64,000 nucleotides of DNA from Eledone cirrhosa (lineage: Eukaryota). The first letter of the stretch is position 1, and each line of letters opens with the position of its first letter. The position numbers and the translations under genes are program-made. This document shows, in pieces, positions 25,769 to 39,304 of the stretch. The stretch spans positions 181,040,001-181,104,000 of the forward strand of contig OZ024742.1 in assembly GCA_964016885.1 (NCBI GenBank). Reading direction: 5' to 3'. A model generated the notes under the pieces. The model was not told the DNA's origin and made no database searches. It was given only the letters and a program-made list of their open reading frames with translations.

Positions 25769-26707
25769 CTAGCAGAAGTACCCGGCGTTGCCCGGGTGTA
25801 AGTCGACCTTTGCTCTGTTGTTAAAATGTGTGAAAGTTACTTCCCGCGCATCACAGGTGCAAAAACCTTTGAACCTCAAGGAAAAAAAACAGAGGTTAGT
25901 AGACGCAGGTGTGTTATTGAGCATAAATAATGGATCAATTGTAGGTACACAGTGTATCGTTGAAATTGTTCTTTGCACGACTGACGGAAGTCAAATTCAC
26001 TTGAAATTGAATTTTCAGTTGATTTTTAAAGCAGGGACTTTTACAGCATTTCTTTTTTTTACAATTTTCGCGCTTAGATGTGCAGAAGAAGAAATAAAAG
26101 AGGCTTTATCTGAACCGCGGCATAATGGCGAGTCTACTGCGACAGTTTTCAAGAAAATCGGACGTTCCCGTAAAAAGTTTTCCCATGTGCAACTTTGCCT
26201 TGTTTTTTGCGCAAAGTCGAACCCCCGCTTCAGTTTTAGTGATTTTTTACATGAATGCGTGACCTCTGAAGTAGATTTGAGTAGCTGAAAACCTGTCCCA
26301 GTAAATTTTCTATAGGTGAAAAAAAGTTGAGCAAAATTGTGTCTAGGGTTATTGCCCTTTGCAACAGCCTCAACGTGTCTTCAAGTATAGTTTGTTAAAT
26401 TTCATTGGAATCAGACAAATTTCGTAAATATCGATTTTTGCCTCTGGTGATCCAATTATCGAAAGGTTAATGTGGCCCACGTTCATCCCCGGATCAAGAT
26501 ACATACTTGCGTCGAGTTTCATCGAAATCGGACGATTTTTGGCTTCTGGGGGCCCGATTATCGAAAATTTCAAGTAACCTATTCCAATCTACGCGTCCAG
26601 TATATGTGTCAAGTTTCATGAAAATCGGATGAACGGTGTATCCTGCAAGTTCTGGACACCAAACAAATAAATAAACAACGCCCGACTTCACTTTATATAT
26701 ATAGCGA
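25769..26707 (-). mobile_element. Non-autonomous Helitron
   Basis: On the minus strand it starts TC-gctatatatataaa and ends with the hairpin CCCGGGCAACGCCGGG followed by CTAG|T. Internal aagtttcat..aaatcgg subrepeats are present. Confidence 0.8.
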
Positions 26708-27444
26708 TATAATAAAGGGAGGAATGCGGGACTGCATCTTGAATATATTTTTTTATCCTGTTAGTAAAATAAGTTAGATTACTTTGCATAAATAATGAAT
26801 GAATATTACATAATTTTTGTACTAAATTTCGTAGCTGTTGATTAAACATAAATATTCTTATATATAATGATTGCTTATTTTAAGATTCCTTTCTTTAAAA
26901 AATGTTCAAATGTCTACACTTCCAGTTAGTGTGCGTCATTTCATAACACTTATTACATCGTTTATGTAAACTTTCATATATTTACATCATTATATAAATT
27001 TTATATTTCAGTCGCTAATTTTTTCCTTTTTCGTTTTCATTACATTTCACCATAATGTAGTATATATATATATAATATCGTCTGTTTTAAACATATCATG
27101 GATTACTTTACTGATTACAGAAGATAGTGTAACACAGTCTCTCTTCAATTTCTGTGCATATTATCAATTACGATTTTATTTGACCTATCATATCTACATG
27201 CATGTATATTTGCATATAATATTAATATGCACACTACACATGCTAGCAGAAAACCACCCGAAATGTGGTTTTTCTGCTAGTAAGTATAAATAATATGGAT
27301 AAAGGATAAATATCTCATAACTCCTTGTGGAGTCATAGAGGCACCGTCATATGGCATGTCTAGGGTACTTTTAAACCTAGTGGTGCCCAACCCTCTCCAG
27401 GTCTGAATACAGACGATTTTTTCTATAGAGGAAGAATTGACCCC

Positions 27445-27595
27445 ATTACTGGACCAGTACTTACTTTATCAACCTCGAAAGGATGAAATGCGAAGTTGAC
27501 CACAGCGGAATTTGAATGTAAAGTGTGCAATGAGGTGGGACAAATACCGTAAAGCATTCTATCTGACGCCTTATTGACTCTGCCAATTCACCGTT
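27445..27595 (-). mobile_element. tRNA-derived SINE, family A
   Basis: Minus strand reads cggtgaattggcagagtc...ttcaaattccgc...tttcatcctttcg..gataaagtaagtac. A plus-strand relative lies at 31726-31910; degenerate ones at 20790-20915 and 62740-62830. Confidence 0.75.
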
Positions 27596-27643
<48 letters not shown>

Positions 27644-27788
27644 AGGAGTTGACGGACCCAGCATATTTATCAATACCAGGACCAGTTGTATCTCAGTGTA
27701 CACAATAGGCAATGTAACATACATTCCCAGAGTATACATAGTTATTCGCTTCAATACAACACACGTAAAACGGCTGCCTATAATAGTT

Positions 27789-27898
27789 CCCGGACTCGAG
27801 TTTCCGCCGCACTAGTGCAGCAGTATGGTGCACTGCATGTTCCGTCTGCATATATTATGCAACAAAGCACATTTGGCTTATGCGGCTTCATCAGCGGG
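27789..27898 (-). ncRNA. Type I hammerhead ribozyme with a branched stem II insertion
   Basis: Minus strand: CCCG-CTGATGA-a-GCCGCA[~69 nt]TGCGGC-g-GAAA-CTCGAG-TC-CGGG. Confidence 0.85.
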
Positions 27899-29974
27899 TA
27901 TCACCTAATCAATAACCAATCGATATATATATCTATATATATATATATATATATCTGTGAGAGAGAGAATATATAGAACCAAAGTATACATGAAACATAT
28001 TGACAATATGTTTTTGTACAATAAACATATATAATCACACTGTGGGCATTTTTAACTGCCTTAGTGACATTTACACACTCAGTACAAAGGCAAAAATAAT
28101 TTTATAGTTTATATAGAGAATTTTGCAAACAATACATTTATGGGGATGCTTATTTTCATATAGTATGGGTTTGACCAGCTGGAATTAATTAGCAGTAGCA
28201 GAAACATAGCATGATTCATAAGAGAGGCATATATGAAAGTCTATACATTATGTTAATGTATAAAAGAATGTTGCTGTGGGTATTTTAAGCTGTGATCATG
28301 GTCACAGCTGCCTGAACAACCATATGAGAATTCTATATACTACTATTTCATAACCTTTTATCCATCTTCATTGACATCTACTCACTGTATGTCTGGGTAT
28401 CTAGCTTATTTTACCTCAGTACCATGCTGTTGTTGTGAGAAGATACTTCTAAACATAACTGAAACAGGAATTAGAAAGTGAGTGATAATCAAGGATTGAA
28501 AGAGGAGAGAGAGTATGATTTGGGTATGAAGGGTAAAATAGAATGCTAAGATTGTAGTGAAGGGAGTTAACAGTTGCAAGTACATGTTGCTTGATAGTAT
28601 CCTATCTTATTTTGTCATGAAGGAATACATCATCATCCCTATTTTTTGCTTGCATGGGTTAGACAGGCAGTCACATTATGAGGCCAGACAGATTAGGTGA
28701 CCATATCTTGCTCATGTTTTAGGTTTCGTTTTCTAAAGCTGTATGCTCTTCCTAATGCCAACCACTTTAGAGCATGCTCTGAGAGTTTTTTCATGGTACC
28801 AGCATTACCATCATACATGACAGACTGGATAATTTTTGTTGGGGCAAAATTATGGCACCTTACTGGAGAGGCTGGGTGCTTATTTATTTTTGTTTTTACA
28901 TATATATAATGATGCAAATTTTATTCCACAGATAATTTTTGTTAAGTATGAAATACATAGTAAAATCTAAAATATTCAGATGTTAGAATATTTGCCTTAT
29001 TTGTGGTGCCACTGTTAGCAAATATTTTGTTCCTTCCCTCATCTTTGATGCTGTGGCAGAGGGGAGGGTTACTACATTATAGCTTTATGGATTAAAATTC
29101 TGAAACACCAAGAATTATTGGCAAACTATTGTTCCCAGCCTGTGGAATTCAAGACATTCGGATGGAGATGGGTAATTGACAATGAGGTTCTTGTCATTGT
29201 TTATGCCTTACCTTACGAAAGTATCAGGTGGTGCAATCTTGAATGTTCAATTATCCCCATTGTGGTGTGATATTGAGTGTGCATGTCTTCTGCTTTTGTT
29301 GTTCTTTCTTCTCTAATTACTGTATATATTTGTATATAGGCTGAGAAATATATGACAAAAAAAATCAAAGGTAAAATGAGGGGTTGCTTATAACCGAGGT
29401 CAATATTTTGACGATTTTCACCAACTTAAAAATGTATGTAAATAAGGTACTAAAATATCTAGAGTGATTATTTTATGATGAAACACTCTTTTTCTACACT
29501 TACTACATGAGAATATTTCTGGCAAAGTTTTATTTGAACTTGTTAATACATAAATATTTCCTTCACAAATATTCATACACACACACACACAAGCACACAT
29601 GCACACACACACATGTACAAATGCGCCAACTGTTTTTTCTCTGCGACTTAATTATACTTTTTCTTTCTATCTTATTTCTGTTAGCTTACTTATTGCTCTC
29701 ATTCTCTCTCCCTCTCTCTTTTTTCTAACTCTTCCCCTCCTTATACAATTTCCTCTTAATCAATCTCTTTCTTTCAACTATTCCCTATTCATTTTGTCCC
29801 CTTGCACATAGTCTCAATCTCCCCTTTTAATGATCTTCATAAAGAAGTTTTTTTTAATAATACTTTAAACGCAAAATATATTTCTATGATGTAAAACGGT
29901 AACTAATAATATATCAAATTTTAATGATATTTTTCAATAGTCTGGCTCATAAAAAAAAAATGTAACCTGCTTAC

Positions 29975-30310
29975 ATCATCATCATCATCATTTTAAGTCC
30001 GCTTTTCCCTGCTTGCAAGGGTGGGACAGGAACTGATTCTGGCTTGATTTCTACAGCTGGATGCCCTTCCTAACACCAACCTCATTTACAGTGAGTGCTG
30101 GGTGATTTTTTGCCGTGGCACCTCCACGACCACTTTGCAGTGGAATGATAGGGATCCCAGTCCCTATCATCTACAGCTGAGTAAACTGGAGCAATGTGAA
30201 ATAAAGTGTCTTGCTCAAGGAAACAACACATCACCTGGTCTGAGAATTGAACTCACAACTTTTCGATTGCAAGGCCAATGCTCTAACCACTAAGCCATGT
30301 GCCTCCATGT
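29975..30310 (-). mobile_element. SINE with tRNA-like head and RTE-like 3' tail, family B
   Basis: Minus strand: ggcttagtggttagagc...gagttcaattc...cttgagcaagacacttt head, then ggaagggcatccagctgtagaaa...(GAT)n. A near-identical copy lies at 40945-41270 (+). Confidence 0.8.
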
Positions 30311-31064
30311 GCTTACATGATTTTAAAAATATCAAACTGAGTGTACCAATGAACTAATAACGAAAATCATTTTTTTTTTTTAAATTACACCAGTGAATTG
30401 CACCATATTGAATTTTTTTTAGTTAACTGGCGTGTGCAATAGTACAAATCTACTTAAAGCTTGTACTTGTACAACGCTAAATTGTTTCCAAGTACTTTAA
30501 GGTATCATTTCATTCGATATGTATATTAAATAAAAATATCTTACATTTGGGAGATGGTGCTATTGTTGTCTGCTTAAACAAAAAGAGCCAAAATACTCCC
30601 AGCATTTGAGTAGCCAGAAGTAAACAAAAATTCATGAAACTTAATGAAACTTTATAAAACGGATGATATAGTAAAAAGATCATTATGTAATGGAGCTGTG
30701 AAAGAAAACCTATACTCTAAACAACACTTAAAAAATTTTAAATACTAAAACTTCATAATTATATTCTCCCCTCATGAGAATTTCAAAACTGCACCATCTA
30801 AACATAATGTGTTGATTAGCTACCTCAGCTTATACATGTGTTGGAATTTTTGCCCATGTTTCAAGCATAAAATAGAGGTTGGCTTATATTCCAGTATATA
30901 TGGCACTTTCCTTCTGAAAATTGTTAAGAGTTTTTATAATTTTTGTAAATAAAATGTAATTTTTCAATCCAATATATTTTCATAAAAAATATATTGGATT
31001 ACAAATATATAGCGATTTAATAGTTGATTCTAAAATCCTCTCTCAATCATTATCATTCAATATC

Positions 31065-32205
31065 ATCATCATTTTACATGCATTGTTCCAACCTTGCATG
31101 GGTTGGATGGGTCCTCCTCAGTACATCTCTTCACTTGCCGTATTCCTTTGTCATCTCCTCTGTCAGCTTTAGCAATCTGAGATCAGCTCTCACCACCTCT
31201 GTTCAGGTCTTCCTTGGTTTTCCTCTAACAGGGCATCCCTCCACTGAGATTACTTGGCATCACCCAGCAATCATCATCACATGTCTATACCAATGCAATC
31301 TTCTCTCCTGTACACATTTGATTCTTCGTATACCCAGACTCTCCCTCCATTCATCCATGCTTTGTCTTTCTCACACATTAACATTGCATATCCATCAAAG
31401 CATGCTCACTTCATTTCTCTCTAGCCTTTGCATGTCCTCTGTGTTCACTGCCCATATTTCACTACAATGCAGCATGGCATTCCATACATTGGTATCATAC
31501 AGCCAACCTTTCATTCGTTGAGAGAAACCTTTTGTTGTTAGCAGGTGTAGCAGTTCTCTAAACTTCTTCCATCCTGTCCTTGTTCTAGCTATTATGCTCT
31601 CAGAGCACTCTCCACTGCTCACCAAGATAGAAGAGGCTATCAATCACTTCTATGGATCCATCCTGGGACTAGAAAATGTTTATATTATTTATTGTATAAT
31701 TATTTATTGTATATTGTATAAAAGAGGGCGGTGGATTGGCAGTATCGGTAGAGGGTCAGATGCCATGCTTTCCAGTATAGTTATGTCCCTTTACGATCTG
31801 AGTTCAAATCCCGCCGAGGTTGACTTTGCCTTGCATCCTTACAGGGTCGATAAAATAAAGAACCAGTAATGCACTGGGTAATTGCTGGCCTTGTGCCTAA
31901 AGTAGAAACAATTATTTATTGTATAATTATTACTGGCACCCTTACAATCAATTCACCCTGAATATCTACTAGATACAAAGTCTTCCATTCCTGTTAGTCT
32001 GTTTGTTATCCCACTCACCTCTTGTGTGCCCACGATTTGCATTGTATACATCATAGAGTTTATGCCTACTCTTTTTCTACATAGCGAGCAAAGCCATTTC
32101 TCTGTTGAGATTGGTGCCCTATATTGTTTCCTACTTATTAACATTTTGGCTTTTGCTAAATTTATTCTAAGCCCTCTTGATTCTAAGATCTGTTTCCACA
32201 GAACA
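31065..32205 (-). mobile_element. Old RTE LINE fragment interrupted by a SINE (31726-31910)
   Basis: [28 protein letters not shown] and LESRGLRINLAKAK..WLCSLCRK. Confidence 0.8.
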
Positions 32206-32717
32206 TAAAGTGCTGGAGCAAATGCCACTAAGCATTTGTCCGATACTTATTAGATTCTGCCAATCCACTGCCCTCATATCTCTCTTAATAATAAATATTG
32301 TTTAATGGAATTTTAGAGAAATATGTTTTCGAAAATGTAGATTTCTATTATATTTTCATTTTCATATTATTTATTATCAAAACAATATTGGATGGCATGA
32401 TGACACAACACCCTGATCTTTTTTTTTTTTCAGGGTTTTTTGTAACTGATTTCAAAGGAAAAATGGTGAAAGTATTCATCTTGTCAAGTGAATTTTTTAA
32501 TGAAAAACTGAAAGTATTTACTTTAGCTCTTCAGCCTCGCTATTACCTATAGCAATGTCGTGAGTGTCATGGATTGCTTCAAAAATTATTAAAAGGAAAC
32601 TCCTGCACTTCATGTTGTTGCATGTAATTACGTGTGCATGTTGTTACCCAATTTTTTCTCTTTCTTTCCTTATTATTTCAAGTAAATTGAATTTTTTTTT
32701 TTTTTTTTTCTGTCAGC

Positions 32718-33143
32718 ACAATGCTGGCTACCTACTGTAAAGCATCTTTATTTTATATAATAGCAAAGTTCGTATTTTTTCCTGAACTAATATGCTGACA
32801 ATACATATAGCTGCTTGAAATAATAAACGCAGATGCCATAGCTGTAAAAATTCTCCACATACACACATATATCTCTATTACTTAATTACATAAATATTTC
32901 ACTTGAAAATATAGAATCAAAATGAAAGAAAATATTAATTCAACACTAAGGGTGGCAATCAGTCATACACAACAAAGCGTGTCGGAGCTCACAGACCACA
33001 TCCTATTCACTGCTATCAGGGCAGAGTTGGCTGTCAGCAGGTGCGAGCCCTGCAAGGTGCAATGGCCATTCCAACACATCTCCCTTGCCTTCCTCCTGAG
33101 CAATGGATTATCCATCCTGTCAGCCAGGACCCAGAAATGGAAG
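32718..33143 (+). other. Candidate host exon (unverified)
   Basis: Poly-T tract plus ctgtcag acceptor ending at 32717 and a strong GAAG|GTAAGT donor after 33143. The 3' half is GC-richer with open frames. No protein recognised. Confidence 0.3.
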
Positions 33144-34062
33144 GTAAGTTAATTGGAGGGGGGTCATACTTGTTCGGACATCACACATTTACATATACTT
33201 CATATGAAAATTGATGGCTTTTTTGTGATTTCATGGAAGACTTACTAAAAGACACAGTCAGTATTACTCCACATTAAAAGATACTTTCAGGATTTCATGC
33301 CCTTTGAACTCTCCTTTACTTTCAAAAATCTCCCCAGATGGCAAGCTGAATGAGTTGGGATAAACAACCCAATGAATCTTAAGAGCCTGTATATGTCACT
33401 GTTGTAACACATCATCATCGTTTTTACGGGATTATATGTATGTATACATATTTATATATATATATATATCCTGTCTCCTTCTCAATAAGGAAGATGAGAA
33501 AAACTTACCTCAACACTTAATTTTAAATCTTTAATTTTTAGTTTTTAATCCTTATTAATTCTTTTTAATTGTAATATTCAACATTTGATAAGATGAATTT
33601 TATTAATACATCAAAACCGGGAATACTTTATATACGTTATAAAACTCTTTTTTTTTTAGAATTGTCCCTCTTATTTTTTCAATAATGTCACTTTGATGAA
33701 TCAAAGAAAAGGAAAAAAAGAAAAAACAGACCTTAAATATATTTTCAGAGCTATTTCCAATTTCACCTTCTCTCTCTATATATATGTATATATATAATAT
33801 CACAGGAAGTAGCCAGTATGAAATTTCATCCTTATTTCTCTCTTTTACTTTATTTTGACAAAGGGTTTTACCCAAAACATCAGATCATTTCCATTGTACA
33901 AATATTTACGTTTTCTTACTTGTATTTTGTCAACCACGTCTTTTTTTTATTTTTGTTTACTTTGTTTTAACATCTCAAGTAGTTCAATTGTCTGTCTCTT
34001 CTACCTTATTTCCATCATTCTATTTGTGTCATCTTTACTTATATATAAGGATAGGTTAAATG

Positions 34063-34110
<48 letters not shown>

Positions 34111-34377
34111 GAAAATGTCAACAAGGAAAAACAACACAAGAAAACAATAGAACACAATGATATTATATATTAGTTTAACACTTGATATAGTAGGAAGAGA
34201 ATATCTATCTATTTTTATGTTAGTCCTTCTTTGGAAGAAAGAGAGAAGGAAGAAATAGATGGATGAGAGTAAAGAAAGAAAAATAAGAGCAGGGGGAAAT
34301 GTTTTTAGATAGAAAACACTTGTGAATTTAGTCAGCCATTTTAGAAAGTTGTGTATGTGTGTGTTATATATATATAT

Positions 34378-35520
34378 ATCATCATCATTTTTACAACCAC
34401 TTTTCCACACTTGCATGAGTTAGATGGGCCCTTTTCAGCACAGCATCTCTCCATTTATTTATTTTCTTCGCCATCTCCTCTGAGTTTCAGCAATTTGAGA
34501 TCAGCACTTACCACCTCTGCTTAGGTCTCCATCTTTTGCAGTTTCCTTCAACTGAGATTTCTTGACACTTCTTTTCTCAGCGAACATCATCCATGTGTAT
34601 CACATGTCCCCACCAATACAGTCTTCTCTCTTGCACACTACTTCTGATTTTTCTTAAACTCAGTTTGTTTCTCAGTTCATCCAAGCTCTGCCATTCTCTC
34701 AGATTAACATTTCACATCTGTCAAAGAATGCTTGCTTCATTTCTCTCCAGCCTACACATCCTCTGCAGTCATTGACCATGCAGTATCTCACTTCACACAC
34801 AAGCATCATGCAACCATATTTTGTTGTCAACAGGGAGAGTAGCTCTCTAAAATTCTACCATCCTATCCTTATTCTAACTATAGGGTGGTCCAAAAGTCTT
34901 GTCACACCTTGTCACATATTTTTTTAACTTTCATTATTTTTGTTTTAATAATATAATATATAATATCATTAATTATAATATATAATAAAAACAATAATAT
35001 AATTTTCTATTTCAGAGCTCCTACAGTTTGAAAGAGAGGCTGTCTGCAAGTGTATGGACACATGATCGTGTGCATTCTGACTTGAGCATGGAGGATGTGT
35101 GACATGACTTCACTACAAGATTCGGCAAACCAACTCCTCCGAAGAGGACGATACTGCGATGGAAACATAAACTGTTTCTCATTACTTTTTGGAAGGGAGT
35201 GACAAGACTTTCGGACCACCCTGTACTATGCTCTCAGAGCACTCTCCTCCACTGCAAATTAGATCACCTAGGTTGCAGAAGTTATCAACCACTTCTATGT
35301 ATCCTTCATGTGACTGGAATAGGTTTATATCACTGACACTCTGACAATCTATGTGTATCTATTACATAGGAAGTCTTCCTTTCCTGTTAATTTGCCTACT
35401 ATCCCACCCCATCACTTGCGTACCCAAGATTTGCATTATGTACATCATGTAGAGTTTCTGCTTACACCTTTTCAGCATATCAAACAGGGCCACTTTCCCT
35501 AACTAGCTGTGTTAGAACTC
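34378..35520 (-). mobile_element. Old RTE LINE fragment
   Basis: Homologous to the RTE 3' ORF and tail (ctcagagcactctcctccactg...cctaggt; catcatcattttt tail). Confidence 0.7.
34881..35223. mobile_element. Tc1/mariner-type MITE inserted into the RTE
   Basis: TIRs (t/c)agggtggtccaaaagtcttgtcac / gtgacaagactttcggaccaccctg with TA on both sides. Confidence 0.85.
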
Positions 35521-36640
35521 TTTCCATGACCTTTATAACTTGGACTATTTTGTTTATATATGTGTATGTGTATATCTATGTAAACACGTGCAGATACACA
35601 CATAATTAGATACATATACTCAACCAAATACAATTAGAAAATATGCATACAAAAGAAACAACCAATGAAACGAGAAAAATTTTATGCTGATTTATTTTAG
35701 TGAAATACTAGTAAAACATAAACAACACTGAGACTTATCTAAATATCTTGCTCTAACAGTAATATATTTCTTATTGCTGTGAATCACGAAACAATTCCAT
35801 GTCTTTTCAATTAAACTACATTGCGTGTTAAGATTCAAAGCTATTATCTTCTGTTATGTAAATTCCTTGCTTCACTGTGGAATTGCTTACAAAATTTACA
35901 AACATTTGAAATTAGTGGAAATGGTAATAGTTTTGCATAGTTAATTCTACATGAAACAATTTCTTGAAATTTAAAGCTTCTAAAATTTTCCTTTTTCTAT
36001 TCAAATAAAATCAACAAACATCATGTATATGCAGCTGATTGCTCAGACTTTTATGAAGAACTGAAGTGATAGTTGACATAAAGAATGGTGTACTTATGCA
36101 TGAAGATGCTATAAATTAGCTTATAAAATAGGATGAAAACCCTTAAAGACAGATAACGTTTCCTGTCTTTAAGTTTATTCACCCTACTTCATAAGCACAC
36201 CATTCTTTATAGGAAATATATATATGTATATATTGTTTTTTTCTTTTCAGTAAATGTACGCACATTACATAATGATTAGGGTGTTGGATTCACAATCATA
36301 CGGTCTTCTATGAGTGGTGTGTTGTGTTCTTGAGCAAGACATTTTTTTTCAATGGGTTTAGCTATTTTTCATGAAATAAATATATGAGAAACCAATGAGA
36401 AACAAGCCTGTAGGAGGCCAACTAAAGCTGCATAGGTGCAAGCTACAGATTTCTTTTTTCTCCTCCCTGAGAATGGGGGGAAAAAAGTATCCCCCATCTG
36501 GAGATATGGCCTTAATACTTGCAACAAATTAAACTCTGTTAAAGTAACCCAAGCATCAGTCGAAACCAGATAACTGATTCACTCTTTTGATATCAAATTG
36601 CTTGAAACTACTCCTGGTTCTATGATACAAAACTTTTTAT

Positions 36641-36870
36641 TTAACCCTTTAGCATTTACATTACTCTGTATTATATTATTGTATTTTTGCAGTAAAGGCT
36701 TTACCTCACATAATTATCTCCCATGATATTGAATCTATGCGATTTTGATGATATTTATTTTGAGAACAATACATTAACATCACTATGAGCGGTCAGTTAT
36801 AGCCGGTTCGAACAGAAAGAGGTGAGTGAATTCTGGCTGGATATGGCCAGTTTAAATGCTAAAAGGTTAA
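36641..36870. mobile_element. piggyBac-like MITE
   Basis: TTAA-ccctttagcattta ... taaatgctaaaagg-TTAA. Confidence 0.75.
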
Positions 36871-39304
36871 AGTGTTTATATTTATCAAAAAACCTTCTGT
36901 CATAATTTTATGTAAAAGCCTTTGTTAAATCATATTCCAAATACCAGCTTAATAATGAGAAAATTTGTTACATCACTAACTCTATTCAAATTATTTATTA
37001 TGTTCAAATAATCATAAGATAGCATGGTAATGAAAGCATTAATTCTGCAACACTATCCTATAATTTTTTTTTTTTTTTTTTTTCCATAGATCTATTCCAT
37101 CAATATAAATCTATACAATATTGTTTTTTCAATTTCCATAGAGAGCAGGATATATTTCCACATTTTTGTTTACTTTAAACTCTCTCTCTCTCTTACCCCC
37201 TATCTTACTTGATATCTAGCTTTCTCTTCTTCTCTTCCTATCTCTCTCTCTCTTTCTTGCTTCTTCTCTCTATCTCTTTCACTTACCATGTCACATTCTC
37301 TTTCTCCGTGTCTCTCCCAGTTCTACTGTACAAAGCTATTTATTTTGAAGTGTTTATATTTATCTAAAAAAATATCCATCTGTGACAATTTCATATAAAA
37401 AAATGTTAAATATGTTCCAAGCACCAGTTTAATAATGAGAAAATTGTTACATTACTATATTCCTTAAAATATTGGCATTTTCACTGCAACCCTTTCTTAG
37501 CACACAACCAGCATATCATTTCTGTCCCCATTTCTATATCTATTTGACTGTTCTAGTCTAATTTTTCTCAAACCACACCCACCTATCTTTAAAAAAAAGG
37601 AAGTGCACATTAGACAGTGTAGTCCTACATATATAAAATCTAGATGGTTATTGTTGGATTGCCTTTGATGATAACCCTTTTTAATAGTCTGTCCAATTTA
37701 ACACCACCATCTGGTTCTTGAGCAAAATTCCCTCTACTGCAAACATTCAGGCTAAGTCTCTGGTGTGAGGATATCTTCCGCCCATCCTCCCAGCAGCCTT
37801 GGTTGCCCTGAAAAGTGTTCTGGACACTATTTTTTCTTCCTGGCTAAACAGTAAAAAATAAAAACATAGCCCTAGAGCAAAGCAACTATGACGAAAACAA
37901 CAACAACACTCTCAAAGACTCATATGTCAATGTTACTACTGTCACATCTCCCCCAGACATAGTTAACCAAACCACCCTAAACTGGCTCTGGGTCTCAAGG
38001 TTCATATTTAAATTGAAATCATTCAACATAATTTTATATAAGAACCATCATTATCATCTTTGTTTACTGACTACTTTCCCTGTTCACATATGTTAAGTTA
38101 ATATCTTAATGAAATAATTAATAATTTTAGTAAATCCCTCAAAATTCATCATCACTTAATTAAAATAGAGTGTGCATCATTGGAAATATGGTAACAAAAG
38201 TGTTAAACAACATAAACCACCCAAACACCTGACTCTAAATAAATAGCCCCAAAATACTTACTAGCCATCTGAAATATACAAGAGCAGTTAGAAAGTTGTT
38301 TACATAAGTTCTATAGAAATTTTATTCATAAATCAATTCTTTCAGAGAATCATTTAATTACTTGATATAAATGTAATTTATACATAGAAGATTTACTTCT
38401 TTTTTTTTCTGAGTAAAATATAGATATATCCTTGATATAAAAGATGTTTAAGCAAGGTCTGAAAACATTTGATCAAGCAGATGTGAAATGCTAAGGAGAA
38501 AATGTATTTTCTGTTCTATTTAAACATTAATAATATACTGCAAGATCAAATAACTTAATATATTAACTGCTTTTGTCTATTGACTACAAGTAAGCCTCAA
38601 GCTATGTCTGGCTAGTGTTACATCTCTACATGTATTTTGATATAAACATCTATTTCATGAAATGGAATTTAATACAAAGATACACTCATAATTTATACTC
38701 TAATATAAACATATAGTTCCAATATTTGGTAGTAGGAAAACTGAATGTTAAACAATGGTGATGATGACTTTACATGTACTGTAATACATGTAAGTAAAGT
38801 TCATTGAATCATTGCTTAGCTTGTGCTTCAATTACAGAAAGTCGATCAAATATGATCTTTTTCCGGGATATGATGCTAGTCTATTGCAACTAAATTTACC
38901 AACTGTTGAACTCAAGTATATCATGTGGAATGTGACTGGTTCATATACATATATATACATATACTCTGCTCATATATATATATATATATATTCTGTAAAG
39001 TGGTCATGTAGGTTTCATAACAAAAAGCACCCAGCCTACACTGTAAAGTGGTCATGTAAGTGTCATAACAAAAAGCACCCAGCAGACACTGTAAATATGG
39101 TTGGCGTTAGGAAGGGAATCCAGCCATAGAAACCAAGAAAGAAATAGTTCTGTATGAGCAAGACATGGTCACCTGACCCAACTTGCCTCAAATGGGACAA
39201 CATGTCTAACGGATGCTAAACAATGATGGGGCATATATATTTATATATCATCATCATTTTACGTCCGCTTTTCCCTGCTTGCAAGATATATATATATATA
39301 TATA

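Noticed and set aside
25788-26288. 166-aa ORF inside the Helitron
   Set aside because: No Rep or helicase motifs recognised; probably incidental.
27241-27282. Hairpin ctagcagaaaaccac/gtggtttttctgctag
   Set aside because: Isolated, with no context that would allow a function to be assigned.
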